From positions 2,070,001 to 2,102,000 of the forward strand of contig NC_000962.3 of the NCBI RefSeq assembly GCF_000195955.2: a DNA stretch of 32,000 bases, in the 5' to 3' direction. The notes beneath the pieces are model-generated. The model was given only the letters and a program-made list of their open reading frames with translations. It was not told the origin of the DNA and did not search any database. This document shows, piece by piece, positions 8,729-17,970 of this stretch. Both the position numbers and the translations under genes were made by a program. The stretch's first letter is position 1, and each line of letters starts with the position of its first letter. The stretch is from Mycobacterium tuberculosis H37Rv. Its GTDB lineage: Bacteria; Actinomycetota; Actinomycetes; Mycobacteriales; Mycobacteriaceae.

Positions 8729-8928
8729 GCTCGAGGCCCGGGTGCTACTGGGTGGGTAGCTGACGTGTCGGCTGCTATGGGTCGTTGTCGGGGTTGCGGA
8801 GTTTTTCGGGGTGGCGGCAGGTGTTGGTGCGGGGTTGACCGTGGTCGGAGGTGGGGTGGGGAGCTATTCGGTGTCGCCACCCGCGCTCCAACAATGCCAG
8901 CTGTTGCGGGGTGCTCAGCGACAAAGGT

Positions 8929-9789
8929 TCAGCCGAAGCGCTCAATGATCGCGGCGGCGATCCGGTCGGGGGCGTCCTCCTGGATGAAGTGTTTGGCGTT
9001 GGGCAGCTCCACCAGGACGTGGTCGGGAAATGTCGCACTCAGTCTGGGGATAATCGTTTTCGGCCTGAATGCGACATCCTTCATCCCCCAAATCAACAGG
9101 GTGGGCTTGGTGCCCAGCGTGGCTGGCACCTCCCGGGCGAGCCGTGCCAGCAGGGGACGGGCGGCCAGGATCTGTTTGGGCATCTCGGCTACGCCTCGGC
9201 GTGCCGCGGCGTTGGGCTGCACCGCCCGGTAGTGCGCCATCACCGCGCTACTCGGCCGGTGCTCGGTTCCCGCGGGTATCAAGCGCTCGACAAAGAAGTT
9301 GCGCCGTAAGATCGCGTACTGCACTGGCGGGCTGGACATCACCCTGCTGAAGGCCTTCATCGCCAGCGTGTCCGCCGGCCAGAACCACGTGTTGCCCAAC
9401 ACGACGCCGCGGACCCGGTCGGCACGCTCGACAGCGACCGCCATGCTGATCGGGCCACCCCAGTCCTGACCCATGCTCAGGTAGCGGTCCAGGCCCAGGT
9501 GATCGACGAATTCGCCGATCACCCGCGCGTGCTCGTCGATCTGGTACCCGAATCCCGAGGGACGCTCCGATAACCCGAAACCCAGATAATCCGGAGCCAC
9601 ACAACGGAAACGGTCCCGCAGTGCGACGATGATGTCCCGATACAGGAAACTCCACGTCGGGTTGCCGTGACACAACAGGATCGGCGGACCCGTGCCCTCG
9701 TCGACGTAGTGGATGCGTCCACGCGAGCTGTCGAACCAGCGCGACTCGAACGGGTACAGCTGCGGATCCGGCGTGAAATCGATGCTCAT
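8929..9789 (-). CDS. haloalkane dehalogenase-like alpha/beta hydrolase (Rv1833c-like)
   Basis: ATG at 9789 is preceded by GGAGGAGGG and gives 286 aa. It has an HGNP oxyanion motif (LLCHGNPTWSFLY) and an Asp nucleophile elbow with Trp (GQDWGG). Confidence 0.85.
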   Translation of the reverse strand: MSIDFTPDPQLYPFESRWFDSSRGRIHYVDEGTGPPILLCHGNPTWSFLYRDIIVALRDRFRCVAPDYLGFGLSERPSGFGYQIDEHARVIGEFVDHLGLDRYLSMGQDWGGPISMAVAVERADRVRGVVLGNTWFWPADTLAMKAFSRVMSSPPVQYAILRRNFFVERLIPAGTEHRPSSAVMAHYRAVQPNAAARRGVAEMPKQILAARPLLARLAREVPATLGTKPTLLIWGMKDVAFRPKTIIPRLSATFPDHVLVELPNAKHFIQEDAPDRIAAAIIERFG

Positions 9790-9829
9790 TACCCTCCTCC
9801 GATCGCGCTCATGATGGTATGCCCGAAGG

Positions 9830-10696
9830 GTGACATCACCGAGTGTCCGGGAGTGGCGTGACGGTGGCCGCTGGCTGCCGACGGCTGTCGGAAAGGTGTT
9901 CGTCCGGTCGGGGCCGGGCGACACGCCAACAATGCTCCTGCTGCATGGCTATCCGTCCAGTTCGTTCGACTTCCGGGCGGTGATTCCACACCTGACCGGC
10001 CAGGCTTGGGTAACGATGGATTTTCTGGGCTTTGGCTTGTCCGACAAGCCGCGCCCGCACCGGTACAGCCTGCTGGAGCAGGCCCACCTGGTGGAAACGG
10101 TGGTCGCCCACACCGTGACCGGCGCGGTCGTCGTGCTGGCCCACGACATGGGCACGTCGGTGACCACCGAGCTGCTAGCCCGTGATTTGGACGGCCGGTT
10201 GCCGTTCGATCTCCGACGTGCGGTGCTGAGCAACGGCAGTGTGATCTTGGAGCGGGCCAGCCTGCGTCCGATCCAGAAAGTACTGCGCAGCCCGCTTGGT
10301 CCGGTCGCTGCCCGGCTGGTCAGCCGCGGTGGCTTCACACGAGGGTTTGGCCGGATCTTCTCCCCAGCGCACCCGCTGTCGGCGCAGGAGGCCCAAGCCC
10401 AGTGGGAGTTGCTGTGCTACAACGACGGCAACCGGATCCCGCACCTGCTGATCAGCTACCTCGACGAGCGGATACGGCACGCGCAGCGCTGGCATGGCGC
10501 GGTCCGCGATTGGCCCAAACCGCTTGGGTTCGTGTGGGGACTCGACGATCCGGTGGCAACAACCAACGTGCTCAATGGACTACGGGAATTGCGCCCCAGC
10601 GCCGCCGTCGTGGAACTGCCAGGGTTGGGCCACTACCCGCAGGTCGAGGCTCCCAAAGCATATGCCGAGGCCGCGCTATCGCTGCTCGTCGACTAG
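9830..10696 (+). CDS. lipZ: alpha/beta hydrolase annotated as lipase/esterase LipZ (Rv1834-like)
   Basis: 288 aa from GTG 9830. It has an HGYP oxyanion motif (LLLHGYPSSSFDF) and a nucleophile elbow AHDMG (Asp, not Ser). It is divergent from the neighbouring dehalogenase-like gene across a 40-bp gap. Confidence 0.85.
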   Translation: MTSPSVREWRDGGRWLPTAVGKVFVRSGPGDTPTMLLLHGYPSSSFDFRAVIPHLTGQAWVTMDFLGFGLSDKPRPHRYSLLEQAHLVETVVAHTVTGAVVVLAHDMGTSVTTELLARDLDGRLPFDLRRAVLSNGSVILERASLRPIQKVLRSPLGPVAARLVSRGGFTRGFGRIFSPAHPLSAQEAQAQWELLCYNDGNRIPHLLISYLDERIRHAQRWHGAVRDWPKPLGFVWGLDDPVATTNVLNGLRELRPSAAVVELPGLGHYPQVEAPKAYAEAALSLLVD

Positions 10697-10700
10697 CCGG

Positions 10701-12587
10701 CTACGGCTGTATCACGGGCAGATCGATGCGAGAGGCATGCATCCGGCTACGGTAGACGCGCACGGTCGGTGCGCAACCGGGAAGGATGGCGAAGTGGCTT
10801 GCGTCCGCGCCGGCGATGGCGATGCGGATGCGGTGCCCCGGTTGGAACAGATACGACGTCGGCAGCAGGTCGAATGTCAGCCGGGCAATCTCGCCCGGGA
10901 CTAGGGGCCACGCGTCCCCGCTCGCGAACGTTCGGTAGGGGACCACCTGGCGGTACGGCGGCGGCCCGTCGCTGAGCCGGCGGTGGATGGCGCGTAGCTG
11001 GCCCTCGGTGATGTAGGCGACACGGCCGCGCGGATCGACGTCTTCCAGATAGACGAAGAAGGTGCCGTCGCTCGACGTCGACGTGATAAACAGCGTGACC
11101 ACCACATGACCGGTCACCTCCAGGGGATGGTCGAGCGGTGCGGAGGTATAGGTCAGCAGCTTGGCATCCTGGGCCTTGCGGTCCGGGTAGCAAACGTGTC
11201 CACCGATGCCCACTTGCGAGCGCCAGCGTGAGCGCTCGCCCGTTCCGGCCGTCTGATCCACCACGTATTCGTCTGCACCGCTGTCGCAATCGGGTGCGTC
11301 CGGGCGCAGCTGTCGGTCTGCGGACAGGTAGTAGCTCTGCGTGGTGGCGGGCGGCGGCCAGGTGTCGGCCGACTTCCAGCGGTTCTCGACCATGGTGAAG
11401 TAGTGCACCGGCGGCTCGGAGCCGATGCCCGTATCGGCCCCCTTGACGTGATGGTCGATGAACCTCAACAGCTCGCCGTCGTGATCGAAGTCGGGTCTGC
11501 TGAGCCCGCGCAGTGGGTCGACGCGCCAGCCGCCGGTGTGGTTCCATGGACCGAGGATCAAGTGGCTGCCCGGGGTGGAGACGGTCAGAAAACGTTTGAT
11601 TGCGGCATGCGCATACCCGCCGTCGAACCAGCCGCTGTAGCTGTAGATGGCCGCTCCCGACGCCTGCACGTCACGCCAATAATTGTGCGGGCTGATCAGG
11701 TTGATGCTGCCCGACTCGATCGGTGTACCGATCGGCTCGAGCCGGGCGTCAGGTTGGCCACGATAGGGATCCGAGGCGGATACGTCGTCCCGGAACGTCA
11801 ATGACCCCGCGATCTGGTGAACGTCGTAGTTGCCGCGATGCGCGGCGATGGCCCCGTCCCGCAGCGAGCGATCACGGTCCTCCTGCACCGGCTGCATGCC
11901 GGTCACCGGGAGCTTCGCCCACCACCCGACCACTTCGTGCAGGGCGTTGCGGTCGAGCGCCTCGTTGTAGCGTCCCCAGGTGTCGGTGAACCAGGCGGCG
12001 TGGATGCCGCCGGGGAACGCGATGTCGGTGTAGACGTCGAACAGCGAGAAGCACGGGGCGATCACCCGCACCGCGGGATGCTGGTTGACCAGCAGTAACT
12101 CGGCCGACGTGCCGTCGTACGAATTTCCCAGCGCAGCGACCGTTCCGTTGCACCAAGGCTGGCGCACGATCCAGTCGACGATCTCGGCGCCGTCCCGGAT
12201 CTCGTCGGAGGACCATTCGCACACGCGGGCGCCGAACGACGCGCCCGATCCGCGCACATCCACATCGACCCAGGCGTAGCCGCTGGCGACGAAACGTCTC
12301 CGACGACGCTTATCTGCGGCGATGTGCTGGAGGGGCTTGCCCCCGAGCAACATCCGCAACGGCCAGCGCAACTGCAGCGACCGGTAGTAGCGGGTCTGAT
12401 GCAGGATCGCGGGCAGCCTTGCGGCACTCGTCAGGCCCGCGGGCAGGTAGAGGTCGATGGCGATGCGCACCCCGTCGCGCATCGTCACATAGCACGAGGA
12501 GTAGCGCATCCCACGATATCTCGGGTAGGCGGATCGTTGGTCCGGCGCGGAGTACCAGGCCGCATCCGAGCCGCCGCGTCTGGTCAT
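10701..12587 (-). CDS. CocE/NonD-family (peptidase S15-like) serine hydrolase (Rv1835c-like)
   Basis: 628 aa with a family-typical GxSYxG nucleophile motif ([11 protein letters not shown]). A long C-terminal beta-rich domain is as expected for X-Pro dipeptidyl-peptidase/CocE C-terminal domains. Confidence 0.85.
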
Positions 12588-12602
12588 CGGGTAGCCAGGC
12601 GA

Positions 12603-14636
12603 TCAGCTCAAGAAGATGTTGACCGCGGTTGCCAGGTCGGGGGATGCCGATGTCTCCAGGTTTTGGTAGCTGCCGCCGCTGAGCTGTGCGACGGCTTCCC
12701 AGGTTGCCCGATCGGGATCAGCACCGAAGTCGATGATGTTGACCGCGATCGGCTTGGCCGGGTCTGCGCTCTTGCGGATGAAATCCTGCAGGCCCGGCCC
12801 GTCGAGGGTTTGGTCCGTATGCGGCCCCGCGGTAATAACCAGCACAGAATTAGCCTGGCCAACACGGTAATTGGCTAGCATCTCCTGATAGATCAAGCGC
12901 AGAGTGGTGAACGACACCGCGCCACCGCCCGAGGAGTATTGCTTGCCCAACGCGGCCGTCAAGGCCGCGGGGCGGGGCTGGCCGTTGACCGGGTCGGCCA
13001 ATGGCCCGGCCGGCACCTCTGTTCGGCCCTCGCGGCCGTCGAATGTCCACAGTCCGACGACCGAACTGGGCGGCATCGCCTTGATCCGGTTCTCAAGCGC
13101 CGCAACGACATTGCTAAGCCGGCTATTGCCGCCTTCATCATTGGGCATCGATTGGTCGAGCATGATGGTCGCGGCCACTCCGGCCGACGCGGTGACCATG
13201 GTGTCCGCCAGGGTCGCGCGCATGGAGTCGTCACCCACCGACAAAGTCGAAGGCAGCGCTGGGAAACTGGTGACGGGGCTGCTCGGCGGTTTGACGTCGC
13301 TGACTCGGAAACCAGCTCTGGCCAGTTTGGCCAGTTGCTCGGGCTTGTGCAAATACCTGGCAAACGCGCTGGCCGCCGACGTTTGCTCCTGCGATAGCCA
13401 TGCACCACTGAGCAGCACCGTCGGATAGTCAGCGACCGCAGCCGGCCCCGGCGGCAGCCAGGAACCCAAGGTGTTCTCGGCATCTGAAAGTGACTGGCCG
13501 CGCTGGAACAACTGTTGTTCGGTGGTGACCACCGCGTGCACGGGTGCCGTGGCGACATCGCCGGGCTTGAGCAGCGTGTCCATCGCCGCGGTCAAGGAGT
13601 CGTCGGCGAGCTTAGGTCGTGCGCCCATCAGGGTGCGCACCGCGCCGATACCCGCTGTTGCTGGCGCGCCAGCAGGTGCTGACGCGGCAGCCACCGCCTC
13701 GCCGGCCAAATACGCGGCATCGCCGTTGCCACTGCTCGGCATTGCCAGCCGCAGTGATCCCCAGGCAGGCAAGTCCAAGCCGGACAACGAGTTCGGATTG
13801 GTTTGCAGGCCGGGCAACGCCGCCCAGTTCTGGTTGGCGAGGGCCTGCTGCAATTCGGGCCGCACGGCGAGCAACACCGGCGATATCACCAGTGAGCGGC
13901 TATCGCTAATGGCTTGGCTGCCCGCGGCCCCGGTAAGCCGCGCCGCCGAGATGGAGCTACTCGGAATCCACAATCCCGGCTGGCCGCCCAGTTCGGTCGG
14001 CCATTTGCCGATGAAACCATTGATGACGGCATCGGAGCCGGCCGAGGTGACAGCCACTGCCACACAACGGTCGCCGACCGGGCCCGCCGACGCGTTGTAG
14101 CTGTCGGCTGACTCCTTTACCTGATCGGCGATTGATGGGTCGGCTATAACAGCGACGGTGTCCTTGCCGCCCACGCAGCGGGCGGCAGCCGTATGCGAGC
14201 GGTTGGACAACGCGTCACCGAAGAAGCGCCACAAGATCACCCCGGCCACCATTACCACCACTGCGACAAGGGCCACGATCACGCCGATACTGACTCCCCG
14301 CCGCCCGTCCGCGCTACGGTGCCCGGCCTGCCAGTCGCCGGGCCCCCGATGTCCGAAGCGAAACAGCGGCGGCGGGGCGGCCGCTATGGGCTCGGCACCC
14401 GTTGGCTCCCAGTCGGGGCGGGGTGGAATGTCAGGGTAGTCTTCTGAGCCGCTAGCCGAGTAGCCGCCGACGGCGGAGTAGTGGCCCTCGCTGGATAACG
14501 GGCCGTCATCGGGCTGATCTACACCGGGATAGTCGTAGCTACCCGATATGTCCTCCCAGTGCTGTTGTTCCGCCGCATGCCCGTCGGACAGGTCGTCAAC
14601 GGAATCCTCGGGGTCGGGCTTGCTGTGCCTACCCAT
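12603..14636 (-). CDS. membrane-anchored protein with large extracytoplasmic region and C-terminal vWA-like domain (Rv1836c-like)
   Basis: 677 aa. The N-terminus is acidic and Tyr/Pro/Gly-rich, followed by one TM helix (VSIGVIVALVAVVVMVAGVILW). The C-terminal fold looks vWA-like (IMLDQSMPN...VLVITAGPHTD...NIIDFG). It ends 15 bp upstream of the CocE/NonD gene. Confidence 0.8.
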   Translation of the reverse strand: MGRHSKPDPEDSVDDLSDGHAAEQQHWEDISGSYDYPGVDQPDDGPLSSEGHYSAVGGYSASGSEDYPDIPPRPDWEPTGAEPIAAAPPPLFRFGHRGPGDWQAGHRSADGRRGVSIGVIVALVAVVVMVAGVILWRFFGDALSNRSHTAAARCVGGKDTVAVIADPSIADQVKESADSYNASAGPVGDRCVAVAVTSAGSDAVINGFIGKWPTELGGQPGLWIPSSSISAARLTGAAGSQAISDSRSLVISPVLLAVRPELQQALANQNWAALPGLQTNPNSLSGLDLPAWGSLRLAMPSSGNGDAAYLAGEAVAAASAPAGAPATAGIGAVRTLMGARPKLADDSLTAAMDTLLKPGDVATAPVHAVVTTEQQLFQRGQSLSDAENTLGSWLPPGPAAVADYPTVLLSGAWLSQEQTSAASAFARYLHKPEQLAKLARAGFRVSDVKPPSSPVTSFPALPSTLSVGDDSMRATLADTMVTASAGVAATIMLDQSMPNDEGGNSRLSNVVAALENRIKAMPPSSVVGLWTFDGREGRTEVPAGPLADPVNGQPRPAALTAALGKQYSSGGGAVSFTTLRLIYQEMLANYRVGQANSVLVITAGPHTDQTLDGPGLQDFIRKSADPAKPIAVNIIDFGADPDRATWEAVAQLSGGSYQNLETSASPDLATAVNIFLS

Positions 14637-14747
14637 ACCGGCGTCTGCGTCCTCTCCGTCGAAGGCCGGCGCCTGTCAAGCACGAGCTACGCACCGGCTC
14701 TGCCCGATGGGGCCGGCTCTCTCCCGCAAGCGGGCGGTGCCCCCACA

Positions 14748-14767
14748 GCGGCCCGCTAGCGGGCCGC
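14748..14767 (-). terminator. perfect 20-bp palindrome centred on the glcB stop codon (hairpin/terminator candidate)
   Basis: GCGGCCCGCTAGCGGGCCGC is its own reverse complement. The glcB stop (complement of CTA at 14756-14758) sits at its centre. Confidence 0.3.
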
Positions 14768-16981
14768 ATCGTCACCGGCCCTGTCCGATGGGGCCGGCTT
14801 CTCAGCGGCCCGGGCCTTAAACTCCCGACGACGTCGGTGCAGGATCGGCTCGGTGTAGCCGTTGGGCTGCTGGGCCCCGGACAAGATCAGCTCCTGCGCG
14901 GCCAGGAAGGCGATACTGTCGTCGAAGTTGGGTGCCATCGGTCGGTATGCCACGTCGCCCGCGTTTTGTCGATCGACCAACGGCGCCATCCGCTCCAAGC
15001 TGGCCCGCACATCCGCGCTGGTGATCACACCGTGGCGCAGCCAGTTGGCCAACAATTGGCTGGAGATTCGCAGCGTGGCCCGGTCCTCCATGAGCGCGAC
15101 GTCGTGGATGTCGGGCACCTTCGAGCAGCCGACACCTTGATCAACCCAGCGAACCACGTAGCCGAGGATGGATTGACAGTTGTTGTCGACCTCTTCGCGG
15201 ATCTCGTCGGGAGCCCAGGCCAATTCCTTGGCCAGCGGAATGGTCAGCAATTGTTCGATGGTGGCGCGACGCTTCCCCGCCAGTCCTTGTTGCACCGCGG
15301 CGACGTCGACCTGGTGGTAGTGCAGCGCATGCAGGGTGGCCGCAGTGGGAGAGGGAACCCAGGCGGTGCTGGCCCCGGCGCGCGGCTGGGCGATTTTTGT
15401 CTCGACCATGTCGGCCATCAGCTCGGTCATTGTCCACATGCCCTTGCCGACCTGGGCTCGGCCGCTGAACCCGGCGGCCAGGCCGGCATCGACGTTGTGG
15501 TCCTCGTAGGCCAAGATCCACGGCTGGCTCTTCATGGTGCCCTTGCGCACCATCGGGCCGGCCTCCATCGAGGTGTGGATTTCATCGCCGGTGCGGTCCA
15601 GGAACCCGGTGTTGATGAACACCACGCGGTCCGCGGCAGCTTTGATGCACGCCTTGAGGTTGACCGTGGTCCGGCGTTCCTCGTCCATGATGCCGATCTT
15701 CATGGTGTTTTGCGGCAACCCCAGCACATCTTCAACCCGGCTGAACAGTTCGCAGGTAAACGCCACCTCGGCCGGACCGTGCATCTTCGGCTTGACGATG
15801 TAGATGGAGCCGGTGCGGCTGTTGATCAGCGGCCCGTTGACGTCGCTGGCCTTTAGCCCGTGGATGGCGATCAGGCCGGTGAATAGGGCATCCATGATGC
15901 CTTCGAACACCTCGCTGCCGTCAGTGTCGACGATGGCGTCATTCGTCATCAAGTGACCGACGTTGCGGACGAACATGAGGCTGCGTCCAGGCAGCGTGAA
16001 CTGGCCACCGCCGGGTGCGGTGTAGTTCCGGTCCCTATTGAGCACCCGCAGGAAAGCGGTGCCGTCCTTGTCTACCGCTGCTGCCAGGTCGCCCTTGTTC
16101 AGGCCGAGCCAGTTCCGATAACCCAGCACCTTGTCGGCGGCGTCCACGGCGGCCACCGAGTCCTCGAAGTCCATGATCGTGGTGATCGCGGATTCCAGGA
16201 TCACGTCCTTGACGCCGGCCCGGTCGGTGGTGCCGACCTGCGACTCCGGATCGATCAGGATCTCGATGTGCAAACCGTGATTGATTAGCAGCACCGATGT
16301 CGGCGACTCGGCTGCGCCGGTGTAGCCGGCGAACTGGCCGGGGTTGGCCAGGCCGGTGGACTTATCCGGCAAGGCAACCACGAGCTGGCCATCCTGCACT
16401 GTGAAACCGGTGGCGTCGCCAAAGGAACCCGACGACAGCGGAACACTGTCGTCGAGGAACTTGCGGGCATACGCGATCACCTTGTCGCCACGAACCTTGT
16501 TGTACGTGGGGCCTTTTTCGGCGCCGTCGGTCTCGGGGATGACATCGGTGCCATACAAGGCGTCGTAGAGGGAGCCCCAGCGAGCGTTGGCCGCGTTCAG
16601 AGCAAACCGCGCGTTGAGCACCGGCACCACCAGCTGGGGGCCGGCGGTCGTGGTGATCTCAGCGTCGACACCGGACGTGGTGATGGTGAAGTCATCAGGT
16701 TCGGGAAGCAGGTAGCCGATCTCGGTGAGGAACTGGCGGTAGGCATCCATGTCGATGGGCTCGATCACCCGACGCCGGTGCCACTTGTCGATCTGCGCCT
16801 GCAGCTCGTCGCGGGCGTTCAACAGAGCTTGGTTCTGCGGGGTCAGGTCGGCGACGACCTTGTCGACGCCCGCCCAGAAGCTGTCCGGGTCGATATCGGT
16901 GCCAGGCAGGGCTTCATTGTTCACGAAGTCGTAGAGCACCCGAGCGATGCGCAAGTTGCCCACCGACACGCGATCTGTCAT
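14756..16981 (-). CDS. glcB: malate synthase G
   Basis: ATG at 16981 is preceded by GGGAGGAAG and gives 741 aa. The full length reads as a malate synthase G sequence ([28 protein letters not shown]...). Confidence 0.97.
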
Positions 16982-17256
16982 TGCTTCCTCCCTTACTGGC
17001 AATTGCTCAGCCTACCGGCCGACAAGACGACTACTACATCCGGCGACCCGCAACCGCAGGTCACGTCAAGCTCTGTCAGCACCTCGGCACCCGGCATGCT
17101 CGCTGGCTGGCAACGCGACGCAGTGGCCGCAGCGATCATACGGGTGGGGCGGTCTGCCTACTACAATCCCGTTGGATCCGTTCTGGCCGGACAGCATCCC
17201 GCCGGGAGCGGCTCCGGCCACGTCGGTGCCGCTCATTGCGGCGGTGTGATTCCGAA

Positions 17257-17652
17257 TCAGGCCAGACGCTTGATCCCCGGATAGGAGTCGAACCCACGGT
17301 CGAAGCTCATCAGCCGGGTAATGTCGTGGTGAGCCATGACGGCGATGTGTAGTGCATCCCTGGCCGACAACGTTTGATAGCGCAACAGGGCATCCCTCGC
17401 GTGTTCGACATCGGTGCGCTCGATCGGCAGCACTTCGTCGACCACGCCGATAATTGCATCGAAAGCCGGCTGAATCGCCTCACGGCGTTTGATTGCCACA
17501 TACCGGTGGCATATCTCCTGCAGCACCTCGGCGTCGGTGACTAGGCGTTCACCGCCCGACAGCGCCGACTCCAGCAGACGTTGCGCGTCCAGCTTATGCG
17601 GGTGCGAGGCACCCACCAGATACATGGGAATGTTGGAGTCAACGAGGATCAC
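17257..17652 (-). CDS. vapC13: PIN-domain ribonuclease toxin VapC
   Basis: 131 aa. PIN signature with N-terminal MILVDSNI plus downstream acidic residues. It overlaps the upstream antitoxin gene by 4 bp. Confidence 0.9.
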
Positions 17653-17912
17653 CGTGATCCTTCGCGCTCCGCACCGCGTCCGCGTTCGATTTCCTCGAGC
17701 ATCTGCTCGACGTCGGCTGTCGGGAACTCATGGCGTGCGGCGGCACGGACAGATCGCAGCTTCATGTCTAGATCGCCGCGCGGTTCTCGCTCCCGCGCCT
17801 CCCGCAGCGTCCGGCGGACCCACTCGGACACTGTCGTGCGGTGCCGGCGTGCAATCTCTCGGAGTTCTTCCCACTCGTCGGGGTCCAGCAGAACCTGCAG
17901 GCGCTTACTCAT
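17649..17912 (-). CDS. vapB13: ribbon-helix-helix antitoxin VapB
   Basis: 87 aa with an RHH-like N-terminus ([34 protein letters not shown]). Typical antitoxin-first bicistron with the PIN gene. Confidence 0.9.
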
Positions 17913-17915
17913 AGC

Positions 17916-17934
17916 ATGAGTGTATACAGCTCAT
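17916..17934 (-). promoter_or_regulatory. near-palindromic operator/promoter candidate for vapBC13 (probable leaderless transcript)
   Basis: The minus strand reads ATGAGCTGTATACACTCATgctATG. This is an inverted repeat ATGAG..TGTATACA..CTCAT with a 1-nt bulge. It embeds TACACT (TANNNT), which ends 6 nt before the A of the vapB ATG. Confidence 0.35.
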
Positions 17935-17970
17935 ACGGGTGTATGAATCCAGCTCGCCTGCGCGCGGGAG

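Noticed and set aside
17029-17170. Two CTACTACA motifs (about 17030 and 17160) upstream of glcB that resemble BlaI TACTAC half-sites
   Set aside because: Neither has the inverted GTNGTA partner at a 5-bp spacing. Isolated hexamers are expected by chance.
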